Assembly (NCBI RefSeq): GCF_037042905.1
Contig: NC_087250.1
Coordinates: 28,274,001-28,338,000 of the forward strand
Origin: Lytechinus pictus
Lineage: Eukaryota
DNA: 64,000 nucleotides
Direction: 5' to 3'
Part shown: in pieces, positions 14,001 to 25,333 of the stretch
Position numbering within the stretch: position 1 is the first letter of the stretch
Layout of the letters: the number at the start of each line of letters is the position of its first letter
Position numbers and translations under genes: made by a program
Notes under the pieces: model-generated
What the model was told of the DNA's origin: nothing
What the model saw: the letters and a program-made list of their open reading frames with translations, nothing else
The model's database searches: none

Positions 14001-15060
14001 TTGCATAATTTTCGAATATTGTGTGCTCACTGATGCATTAAACATCGGGATTTTCATAAAAATCAAATCGAATAAACTATGCAAGGAGGTTTGTGACAGA
14101 TATCCATAGTAACAAATTGCATTTTTTCCAATAACGTAAAAAGAGCTAATCGCATTCCACATGTATTATAAACGCCTTTGAATCACTGAAGCATGTTAAT
14201 TGGTCATGAACATAACGAAAAAGTTGAGAAAATATCATTTTCAGTTCCCAAAATGAACCAATACTTGCCTATGATATTTAAAAAACGTATTTTTTGTTTT
14301 CAATAAATGTTCATTGAACCGTGAAACGATGAATATTGTTGAAGAAACTCTTCCAAAAATAACTGTCATCATATTCTATCATTTTCATTGATATAAATGT
14401 GTAAAAATTAAATTTGGACTTGTGTTTATTCAACCGTAAAATTTAGCCAAAAAAGTTGTATCGTCTTTTAGAGATTACCTTTTGCAAGCCTTCTGACTAT
14501 TTTTTATGATGAGAATGTGGAATAAGTTCCAATAAAATGGAATCAAAGTCATGATATTTGTCCTGTGACTTTTGAAAAGTGACATTTTTGCCTTCTGACG
14601 GTGCTCACTGAAGCATGAAGTGAAGTACGTCCATAACGTTTACTCAGATGGTAGCTTATAAAATTACCTACACGCTCATGTAAAAATATATTAAAAACTC
14701 GCATTGGTTCGGAAATTATTGATGTTTGTTTAAGGGGGGACTTACTTTTTTTGTTGTGTATAGTTGGGAGAAGAAAAATGGGGCGATAATTACTTATTTC
14801 AGGAGGATTGTCTTTTTTGAAAATTGGATTGACTTTGGCGATTTTGAATAAGTCAGGAAAAACTCCATGTGATAATGATTTATTAAAAATGTTACTAAGA
14901 GGATTAGCAAGTGGGTGAGTTATTTCTTTTGAAAGAGACGTACTAATTCTATCATGTCCATGTGATTTTTAACTGTTAAGAGACCGTGTAATATTAATAA
15001 TTTCAGTCGGGTCCGTAGGGTTAAAAAATATAGAGTGTGGATTAGGTTCGGGGAATTTTT
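11075..15060 (-). mobile_element. 5'-truncated, decayed CR1/Crack-group LINE (RT to 3' UTR), split by a DNA transposon
   Basis: Minus-strand motifs NYRPI.LLPT (~14765-14790), GIFCDLSKAFDT, GVPQGSI, FADD (~12283-12294) and C-terminal YCNVVW...IWNNL. A-rich tail near 11075-11105. Confidence 0.88.
12744..14760. mobile_element. 2-kb non-autonomous TIR transposon with TA target (Tc1/mariner-like)
   Basis: TIR TACACAACAAAAA(C/A)AGTAAGTCCCCCC at both ends, TA-flanked. Interrupts the LINE exactly between 'LLPT' and 'KILEKIVY'. Several internal copies of GTGCTCACT(C/G)A. Confidence 0.8.
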
Positions 15061-15920
15061 TTTATTAAATTGCAATTTTTTAATTGCTATTTTTGAACCG
15101 ATAAATAGATTTGCATTTTGATAAAAAATTGATTTATCGCATTTTGTCTATTCATGGTTATTTTTACCCATAGGTCATCACCATGAAACTAAATATAGAA
15201 AAAGAATACCTCGGCAACAAGACTATCGTTCAAAACACACACACACACATACATAAAGAAAAAGAGAGAGGTTCCATAGAGGGAGGGGGGTCCCTTCACA
15301 CCTGTGGATCCGGTACTGGTAACATAATAAAGTGGTAGGCTTACTCTACATGACTGATTTAATACGGAAATAGTCAAGCTTGATAATATCACAATGAAAT
15401 ATTTTGCTGAAATCAAATGAAGTTTGTTTTGCTAATACAAAATTGGCTGTGTCCAAATAAACCGTAGTCTACAATTATTACATTATTGTTTCGGTCATCT
15501 GCTACATTTGCTCCATTTTTATCAGTTTAGGCATAGATTATGCTTGAGATCATCATGAGTTTTGTTAATTGTTCTAGAAATTGTTCATTTATTAATATAA
15601 CAAGTCTTGAAGCGGGTCGGGACTCTGATTTGTTTATTCTTATTTGTTTATTTTTGAGGAATTACTTTTATTTTGCTCATCTTTAGGAACATGATGTAAA
15701 GGTTGAGATTTCAGTGATTTCTAAATCAGATGCACCGTTATTTCATCAGTTTCTAGTAAAAATAATCGACTACTTTGTTTAATGAAATGCTTTATTTGCA
15801 ATCAAGAGCATGGTATTCTTTTTCAAAACACCAAATATTTCCCACGATTGCTTTGCAGCGGACTGATGCAAAATTAAAGAAATGAAAAAGAACAGAAGGC
15901 TTTCAAGTTTGTACTAGACA

Positions 15921-16060
15921 TAATAATAATAGTATTAATAATAAGAATAATAATAATAGTAATAATGATCATGCTAATAATAATAGTGATAATAATAATG
16001 ATAATAATAATAATGATAATAGTAATAATAACAATGATAATAATGATGATGATAATAATA
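15921..16060. repeat. Degenerate (TAA/TGA)n microsatellite
   Basis: Directly visible trinucleotide repeat. Confidence 0.9.
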
Positions 16061-16470
16061 CTAAATAATATTATTAATTACAAAAATTTTAATATGCAAC
16101 ATTTATGCCTATATATTGCTTGATAAAATATTTTTAAGCGAAATTGCAATAATTGCAATCATTATTTCTAAAATATGAATGTTTATCAAAACGCTTCTCA
16201 TTTCGCTTTTTAATTAAAAAGGAGTTGAAATCATCAAGATTGTGTTCCGATGATTATTGTTTTTGTCTATAATGTATTTAAAAAATGTTCCAGTAATCAT
16301 CAAATCATCTTTAATTCTAGCTAGTCGAGGCCGGGGATGGATGAGTGAGGGTGTGCTTGTGTGTGTATATGATCGCGTAAAAGTGGGTCTGCATTTGTGT
16401 GGGGGGAGCGGTGGAATCAGATAATGAATAATAATGAGAGCACGAAGAACAAGCTGAAGTTTATGTATAT

Positions 16471-17284
16471 GAAGAGTTTAGTTGCAAAAGGGCTTAGGTC
16501 CACTTTGGACCATTCTGAGAAAAACCATGTTTTTTATTCTCACTTACTGCAATATTCTTAAAAGAAACTAAATTGTCATGATGTACTGCCCTATCATGTG
16601 AACATAAAATTGGGTATAAAAGAAATCTACCTGTCTTCAATTTTTTTCTATAAATTCTTAAAAAATTATCATTGTGGACGTAACCCATTTCGCAAGTAAA
16701 CTGAAATGAATCCAATCTATTTTGATTAAAAAAATGATTTTTCTTTGCCACTTTTATTCACGTTTTCATGTAAATTTCAAATTTTCTTTGTTTTCATCAA
16801 AGCGACAAAAAAATTGAGGTTTTGAGACGAAAAAACAATAAAATTTATGAACAATGGACCTAACCACTTTTGACAAATGAGCTCTTCAGAAGAGTTTGTT
16901 TGCAAAAGTGGTTAGGTCCACTCCAAGAAAATATTTTTTTTAATTCTCCTATATATTGCATATTCTAATGCGAAATTCAAGATTCCCTACAATGACAACA
17001 TAAAATTGGGTATAAAAGAAATCTACCTTGATTCATATTTTTTTTAAATATTCTTTAAAAAAAAATTCGGTGTGGACCTAATCCATTTTGCAACTAAACT
17101 GAAATGGACCTAACCCCTTTGGAAAAAAAAGACATTTTTCTTTGCCATTTTTGATCACTTTTAAATAGGAATTTCAACTTTTCTTTGGTATCATCTTAGA
17201 GAGCTACTAAAAATCTATACATTGAGACCAAAAAATCTAATTTGATGAAAAATGGACCTACCCCCTCTTGCAAGTGAGCTCTTC
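16471..17284. mobile_element. Head-to-tail dimer of a ~400-bp TIR element (Sola-like, ATAT TSD)
   Basis: Monomers at 16471-16887 and 16889-17284, each GAAGAG..TTGCAAAAG..TAGGTCCA ... TGGACCTA...GAGCTCTTC. ATAT flanks both outer ends. Confidence 0.75.
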
Positions 17285-17799
17285 ATATACTGACTCCTAA
17301 AAACAGACACTGTTTGACGTAAAGGAAAATCATATTAATCATCATATTAATCATAAAAAAACAATTTCCAATGCGAGCGCGAAGCACGAACCTAAATATT
17401 TTCAACACTGATCCTCAAGCGCGGACTTAGTTTGTTTTGGGTTTGTTTTTGGTACAACTATGATAAAAAAAACAACACTTTAAGCACTGTTTGATACGTA
17501 CGAAAATCATAAAGAGTATAATAGTCTCTGTCAGTAAAAAAAATAATGCTAGCCCTAAGCGCACGCTGATTTTTTTTTTATAGAGGCCCTACTGACCTAC
17601 AAACGGTCATTCTAAGATATCAATGACAGATTCGTAACTCACTAATGCGACCCTTTCTTCTGCTTTCAACAGCTGATTTTCCGAACTTTATTTCCACCTC
17701 CCCAGATGTGGACCCCCATTCCACTTTCCCAGGATGTGCACCAGGTCCTATCCCCGTGCTTAAACCAGCCTACGCCCTGTAGGCCTATACATATCAACT

Positions 17800-18545
17800 T
17801 TAAGGAACATGTCCACTCCAACAAAAGGTTGAATTTAATAGAAAGATAAATATCACACAAGCATAACACTGAACATTTCATCAAAATCAGATGTAAAATA
17901 TAAAATTAATGACATTTTCAAACAGTTTATATATTCGCATCCTCATCGGTATTTGAACTTACCATATATGGACCTGTCCACCCCAACAAAAAAGTAGATT
18001 TGAATAAAAGAGACTAAAAAAGGCAAACAGCACAGACAATTCACCAATTTGACGTAAATTAAAAAGATATGACATTTTAAAGTTTTGCTTGACTGGCTTG
18101 ACTTCACAAAACAACTATCCGCATCCCAGTCAGTATGGAAATGAGGTGACGATCAATGCCATCACCCACTTACTATTTCTTTTGCATTTTATCGTTCTAA
18201 TTTTTCTCCTCCCTGAATTTGTGGAAAGCAATCTTTGGTTCATTCAAGAGGGTCCTTATTGTAAAATATGTATTTTAAAAAAAGATATCCTATCATCTGC
18301 TGTAATCTCCGGGCTCTGCAGCCTGTCTCGAAGATAATAACTATTACTATTACTATACTATACTAGTAATTCAAACAGTTAAAAAAAAGGAGAGAGAAAG
18401 TGAGTGACTTTATTGACTCTCGCATTGCATATCAATGAGTAGTGAGTTGTGCAAAACTGTTTTGCTAAAATTAGGCAATACTTTCTTATTTTGCATCCGA
18501 TTTCTATGATTTTTTTTCTGTTTTGATTCAAATCAACCTGTTTAC
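17800..18545. mobile_element. Degraded Kolobok-like MITE copies (AGGACAAGTCCACC family)
   Basis: Two starts (~17803 and ~17970) resemble the intact copy at 39624-40229. Confidence 0.6.
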
Positions 18546-19372
18546 AGGTTTAACTTAACCCTAGAAAGTTCGATCACTGCGCATACGTGTGTCACCGAAG
18601 TCTATCACGTGATCAACTTTTGACGGATCCATATCCCCAGGGGCGGATCAAGGATTTTTTAAAAGGGGGGCACATGTTCCCGAGGAAAAATTTTACAAGC
18701 AAAAAAACAAACAGGGTTTTAACAAAAAATTAAGAACATTTGTCAACGAACAAATTTGACAAGCAAGCAAAAAAAAAGGAAAAAAAAAGGTCTTTACTTT
18801 CAAAATCAAGGGGGGTGCACACTTCTGTTTTAACGGCATTTTTACATTACAAATTTTAATTGTACCTCTCAACTCCGCCAAATAATGTTACGTTGTTCCT
18901 TATTAGTTTATACATGTGGCGTTCCATAGGCGTTTACTGAGAGAACAGCGGAAGAAGCGGTGAGTTTCGCCACTAGCCATAAAATCAGCATTTATGGACA
19001 AATCTTTTGCCTTAATTGTTCCTATTAAATTTGCACAAATTGCCAGGTAGGTTGACATCTCATATAATATATTCATAGAAAGTTAATTAGTAATTAAGAC
19101 GCTTTTGCCCGAATGAAACAATATCGTAGTCCCACATGTTGACTTTCATGTAGACCAAAAGCTTCGGTCTCTGTTATATGCTCACTGCTATCTAACGTCC
19201 ATGCGCAGTGAGTCGCCATGTGCAATTTTTTTACTGTTGCGCCACTCACCTGTCACTGCCTGACTACAATGGTTCTAGAAATCTTTTGCAATGTTGAAAA
19301 GTGTCTTGTGGCATCTGATATTAATCCTCAGTAATTCCCTGAAACACTCTAGTCTAGGCGACACCCCAATAC

Positions 19373-20270
19373 CACTCCTAGTACCAATGAGGTCCAAACA
19401 ATGAAACATTAACATGTGATGTATGGACCTCATAGGCGACAATGCGTTAAAAACAGGTTAGAACTTCTAAACGTACTGTTTCTTGCACCCAAGTATGATA
19501 TTACTCCCAAAATATGAGTTTTGTCCTCGTTTGTTTATCATTTATTAAAAGATTGCCCGTTAAATATATTCCTATTCCTAATTTGAATTTAATAAAATAA
19601 AGGGAAACTTACATTTGAGTCATTTTTCGATCTTTTTTTGGCAGTCAGTCCGGTCACCGTCGAGTGCGATCAAAGCGGTATGAAGCTGATTTTCAGATCA
19701 CGTGATACGTGTGGTCATCACCTGATCAATCGACTATCCTTTTTTAAAGACCGCAACAATTATAAATTTTATTATAAAATATATATAGAATGAATAATTG
19801 CATGATATTATATATATTTCTACAATTAAAAATATTTCGTGATATGAATTTAATATTTGACGTAAAAATCGCTATTTAACAAAATATTTATTAAAAATAA
19901 AAAATCAAACAAAATAAAAACGCCTTGGACACAGTGCAAAAAACCTAACAATTTGGCCGCGTTCTTAACAACTATCGTAAGGGGCGCTCTATTTATAAAT
20001 AAAGTTGCATATGTAGCTGTCTACCGCGACAGGAACAGCCGCAGAATTGAAGCCAGAAGCGTGGGAAATTGCCAGAAAATTCAAGAAAAGAACCGGTGAG
20101 TACCGATTTAACAGTACTAATTTATTAAGTAACATTTATTGAATCATTACAAGATTTATTTTTTAGTAAAACAAAGCTTAGTTCTACTTCTAAGCTAGGG
20201 CGGCCCAAATGCGCGTGAGTGGAGTCCCAGTTTATTAGCACGGGTAAGTATTGGGGTGTCGCCTAGAGTG
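19373..20270. mobile_element. 898-bp member of the same family inserted in reverse into the outer copy's left end
   Basis: Exact 8-bp TSD CCCAATAC at 19365-19372 and 20271-20278. Begins with a type B end and finishes with a type A end (...GGGGTGTCGCCTAGAGTG). Confidence 0.85.
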
Positions 20271-20600
20271 CCCAATACTTACCCGTGTTAATAAACTGGG
20301 ACTCCACTCACGCGCATTTGGGCCGCCCTAGCTTACAACTAAGCTTTGTTTTACGAAAAAATAAATATTCTTATAATTCAATACATGTTACTAAATAAAT
20401 TTGTACTGTTAAATCGGTACTCACCGGTTCTTTTCTTGAATTTGCTGGCAATTTCCCACGCTTCTGGCTACAATTCTGCGACTAGCCCTGTCGCGGTAGA
20501 CAGCTACATATGCAACTTTATTTATAAATGGAGCGCCCCTTACGAGAGTTGTTAATGCCGCGGAGAAATCGTTAGGCATTTTTGCCTGTGTTCAAGGCGT
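19920..20600. repeat. ~680-bp imperfect palindrome with a 15-bp loop
   Basis: Arms ~19920-20255 and 20271-~20600; the inner 65 bp have one mismatch; loop is GTGTCGCCTAGAGTG. Confidence 0.95.
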
Positions 20601-23600
20601 AGCTGTTCTATTTTTTTTATAGGTATGAGATCGAAATCACAGCGAACTCGTATTTACACTCTTCCATAATGATTCCGAAAGAGAGGCGCATCACCCCCAC
20701 CCACATGGGCGCAAATCCCAGGGGGACATGTCCCCCTCACCCAAAATAGTCGGGGGCACATTATGAAATGCCCCTCTACTATTTTTGGTCTTTTAATTCA
20801 AAATCGAAATAATTAAAACATGTATTTTGGAAGAGACGATCTTACTTTTGGGGTGCCCTTCTTTTAATTGGGGTGATAAAACCTTTTTTTTTTTTTTTTT
20901 TTGCTTGTCAAATTTTCCAGCCCCTAGTCCCCCTACCTTTGGGGAGAGATTTCCGCCCTTGCCTAACACTACTCTTGATATTGTTTGCGAATCTGCATGG
21001 GCGTCGGGGGCTGGGGGATGAGGAAAAGCGGTGAGACGAGAAAAAAATAGAAGGGAAAAGAGAACAGAAATAAAGTGAACGAAAGATAAATTAATGGAAA
21101 ATAAAAGGGAGGAGAAGATAGTGAGAAAAGGGATTTTATGTGCCCGTGCAAAAAGAAATGAGCAGAGGTTGAGATGTTGTCCGTTTGGGCAAATTTTTGT
21201 CTGTATGTTGGACTGGCGCCTGTTGCAAAAATTATTAAGCTGATTGAATCAGGAAATGTTCCAACTGCTTCATGAGGATTTAGCGGTTGTAGGTATAAAT
21301 CCGTATAAATCGCGCTCTAACGCTCTAAAACTGTGTTCCGGGCTGTGGGGCTGTGTTCTTTAAAGTTGTCCTTCATATTCATTTTCGCAAAAGAATATCA
21401 AGTTTTCAATCAATTGTCTATAGTTATCCTGTTTATGATAAAAAATACTTAGAAATTGGGTTAGGTTAGGGTTAAAAATTATCAGGGCACAAAATATATT
21501 TTTTCAGCTCGAGCGTCGAGCTGGCATTATTTGATCTGTGAGATTATGTTTTTAATGACATTCATTCTATTCACAGCAATATATTATTAAACATTGCCGC
21601 ACGCGCTGCGTGCCGCATGAATTATAGATAGGTCTATACTTATCAGGTGAATGCTTTACCGCTTCACACTGATCATGCTGATACTGTTTTGTAAATTATA
21701 AAAAAGGGGAATTTCACCTTGATAAAAAGATTGTGATAATAAGAAAAATAATTTCAAAATATCGGTGAAGGTGTTATTATTATTTTTTTAATTGGAGTTA
21801 ATAGAATTTCGAATGCTTGATTTGTGACGCCATAAACAAGCAGTTGCTCTATATTCTATGTAATATAAAATGCCAAAATTTCCCATTTTTAATGGTCCGT
21901 AATGACCCACTTTTTTCTTTTTGGAACGAGTAGGGGTATGAAGTTATCTATTGAAATACTGAATGTACAATAAAAGTCATTATCATGTATTTCTTGACAT
22001 TTCATTTACTTTTTTTTTTACCATAATTATATCCTATATAGCTGCTCGCTTAGGTCTACGCCGTCTAATTTTTTTAAAATCTCACCTTTAATTTTTTTTT
22101 GGATGGGGGATTGATTTTCCTTGAATGCATACCAATTTTTCAAAGTATTTTTTTCTGCTATTTTCATAATAAACTTTAAATGAATTCACCTTTGCACTAC
22201 TTAATTTTTTCAAAGACAAAATTACATCTAGTCATCATCATCATCACCAACTTCATTCTCATCTTCATCACCACTAACACCATCATCATCATCACCGCCA
22301 CCATCACCACCACCATCATCTTCACCAAGATAATTTTCATCATCATAATCATTGCCATCATCATCTTTCCTTTTTTCTTATTTTTTCCCCTTCCAGTTCT
22401 TTTTTTCCCTTCATATTTTCCTCCTTTTTCAGAGGGGCACACCACCACGCCCCCTCATTGGATATCCGCCTCTAAACGTGTTTGATGTTGTATATAAGTT
22501 GGCGGATGCCTCATGAATTGAAATAACAGAGAAAATAAGGAAATGGAAAAAAGTAAGAAGAAAAAGAAGGATGAGGAGAAGAAAAAAAGAAAGCCAAACA
22601 AACAAGAAAAAACAATATCAAAATTTCGTAATAAAGTCTTCTACTTCAGTTTAATAATTGTGTTTTCAATGAAATGAGAACATAAAAGAATTGAAACAAG
22701 TAAAAAGGGCTACATCATAGTTAAAAGAAATAGAGGTAAGCTCCGAGACAATAAAAAAGGGTAAAAAAATAAGAAAATACTTTGAAACACTCACACCACG
22801 AGCATAATAAAAAAAATTGGGAATAAGCGAGGACAAGTAGCTGAGGGACCCCCCCCTCTCTCTAGTTATTTATCTATCAAACTCGCATTTACAAGAACTT
22901 CTTACTAATCAAAATATTGCGAGCAAAAAGCATGAGCTGGCATTTTTTTAAATATTCAAAACTGATAGAGAGACACCTTTTAAACAATTCATGAAACATA
23001 ATAATCATTCATTAGCTTAATCGAATCATTCGATTGCGAAAGGATCTGAGAATTTAGTGTTTTTAGGAATTCATTCGAAGCATAAAATTGTATCTCAACA
23101 TTAAAATAAGATGGGCGCAACGCATGAGCTAAAGCTTTATATACCAATACAAAATTTGGACATTTAAAATATTTTCGTATATAGTTATGAAAAAGATTGA
23201 TATTTCATGAAAGCTCGAATCCCGAGGAGGAATATTTTTTATTAATTAACTTTTAAAAAGGCTGTTCTAAGCCCCATTTAATATTTGATTATAAGTCGTA
23301 TAAAACAGTAAAAGCTGAAAAAATAAATTATTTTTTATTCCAAAATTATTCTCTTTCTCTTTAACCCTGGTTCTTTTTTTTCTGGGGGGGAGTATTTTGG
23401 TTTTAAAAAAGAGAGAAAAAAGATAATTGCTGGCTTGTACTGGACGGTAGTGGTAGGGACACCCCTCCGGACCCCCACCCCCCCCCCCCCCCCCCGTAGT
23501 TACGCGTTACGCCATTATTGGACCAAATGATCCTACATGTCCGAGGCGAAACTTGTGCAATCAATTAAACGTTATTTAAAAAAAAAAATTAAAGCTTGCG

Positions 23601-25178
23601 CTGTTTAACTTCAATCTCTTTCACCTAAATTTACGATGAATGCTAGCGTTATGAAATATATAACTATCAACGTCTGGTGAAAAGAATAACCAACCGATCA
23701 CCTGACGAGAACGCGTATCACGTGATCTGCATATCAGCTCCGATCGCGAGTCAGAAGTGAAGAGCAACTGCCAAGAAAATCAAGAAAAAGTCGTCAAAAT
23801 GTAAGTTTCCCTTAATTTCTTTCATTTTTTGTTGTTGCTAACAATGCATTTACACACTAAAATTTAAATTTAAATAAAAGAAACGAATTATAGCTTCTAC
23901 TTGGGATATAATATAGAAATATCCTGTTCTCAAAGATTTCTAACCCAAAATACTACTGATGTCGCCTATGAGGTCCATACATGTAATGTTTGGACCTCAT
24001 TGGTACTAGGAGTGCCCTGAAATGCTGCAACGTTTGGTTCAAAGATCCAGCAATAGACAAAGGAGTTAAGCGCAGTCAAAGTCAGACTTGCAAACTTGGT
24101 CCGTACGGTGCGAATTTAAGCTGCCATTTTTCTCGGGCGACGATTTGAGACGCCCACACTAAGCAATCGATGTTTCCAAAACTGCCCGCTCAAGTTACCA
24201 TTACCAATATTTGGTATCAAAATATAGATTATAAAAAAATGCTCACGATCATTTCATTTTGAAGGTGGGGGTGACAATTGTTATCAAAATAAGAGGGGTT
24301 GGCGACTCAACGTATATCTCAACCCACGGAGAGGTTTCAACAATGCAGCTGAGTCAATGCACTTTTGTGTACGATCGGTGCGTGTGTGTGCGCATGCGCG
24401 ATATGTCTGTGTAGTAAATGTATTGGATTTTTTTAATCGGCGACTCAAAATATACCCATCATTGTGTCGCCGTTCCGGAAGTGTGTATTTCATGATGTTC
24501 TTACTAAAAACTATAGCAATTTCAGGAGAAAAGTTTATCATATATTTCAAAGGATTTGTGGATACTTTCATCTCATACAAAGATTTGGGTGATAATTTTT
24601 TTTTTTGGTTGCAAAATTGAAGGTTGAAGACTGCCGATGGCGACTCACTGCGCATGGACGTTAGACAGCTGGCAGCCGTCTGTTTCGAGGAGTTTTTTAG
24701 CATTTTTTTATTTTTTAAATTTCTCCTCATACACAGACGGCTCGCTATCGTGCAGCCACCATTAGGGGACTTACAATGCAAAATCCCCCCGTCGGGGCTC
24801 TTCAATTTTTGTCTTTAATGAATCAAACTTTTGAAAATTAACGCGACCGAAGACAAAGTGCAAATTAATATTCCCTCTTGGCATTAATTGCCAAAAAACG
24901 GCGAAAATCAAGTTAAAAGGAACAAAAACAGTGACTTACCTCGGCTGTCGCGCAACTTCACTGCCCTGTTTTATCCGAACTTAATACACATACCTAATAA
25001 ACATATGGCCATTGAGTCCGATCCCCTGTACAGATCGCGCTAGAACTTTGGTCTCTGTATTTGGTGAGTGAAGCCAACGGAGTTCAGCTGAACAACCAAC
25101 ATAACAGAGACCGAAGTTTTTGGTCTCACTGCTATCCTGCCTGTGGAGAATCTACAGGTAGGACTATGGTTTGCCAAT

Positions 25179-25333
25179 GCTCACTCATGCGCGAATGAGA
25201 AAAAATGTGAGTAATTTCGGATGAAAGAGGAGATTCTAAGCTTTACAATGGTAGGTCATTTGTCTATTGACTTGTGATTAAGTTATGATAAATCATTGAT
25301 AAATCTCGGTTTCGTTTTTTGTGGGACGCACTA
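25179..25333. mobile_element. Terminal fragment of the Tc1-type MITE family at 358-1161
   Basis: Ends ...AAATCTCGGTTTCGTTTTTTGTGGGACGCACT, as in the full copies. Confidence 0.8.

Larger units (their letters stand above)
19345..24014. mobile_element. Unclassified non-autonomous DNA transposon with asymmetric CACTC...GAGTG ends (outer copy)
   Basis: Exact 8-bp TSD CCCTGAAA at 19337-19344 and 24015-24022. Left end type A CACTCTAG(TCTAG)GCGACAC; right end type B (reverse complement CACTCCTAGTACCAATGAGGTCCAAACA). Confidence 0.85.

Noticed and set aside
18555..18568. TTAACCCTAGAAAG, identical to the canonical piggyBac left end
   Set aside because: No matching CTTTCTAGGGTTAA end or adjacent transposase was found; treated as coincidence or an orphan end.
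21457..21475. TTAGGG-like telomeric repeat
   Set aside because: Only about three degenerate units; not an array.
24284..24805. 173-aa minus-strand ORF as a transposase for the nested element
   Set aside because: No recognisable motif, it crosses homopolymer runs, and it lies outside the TSD-defined element.
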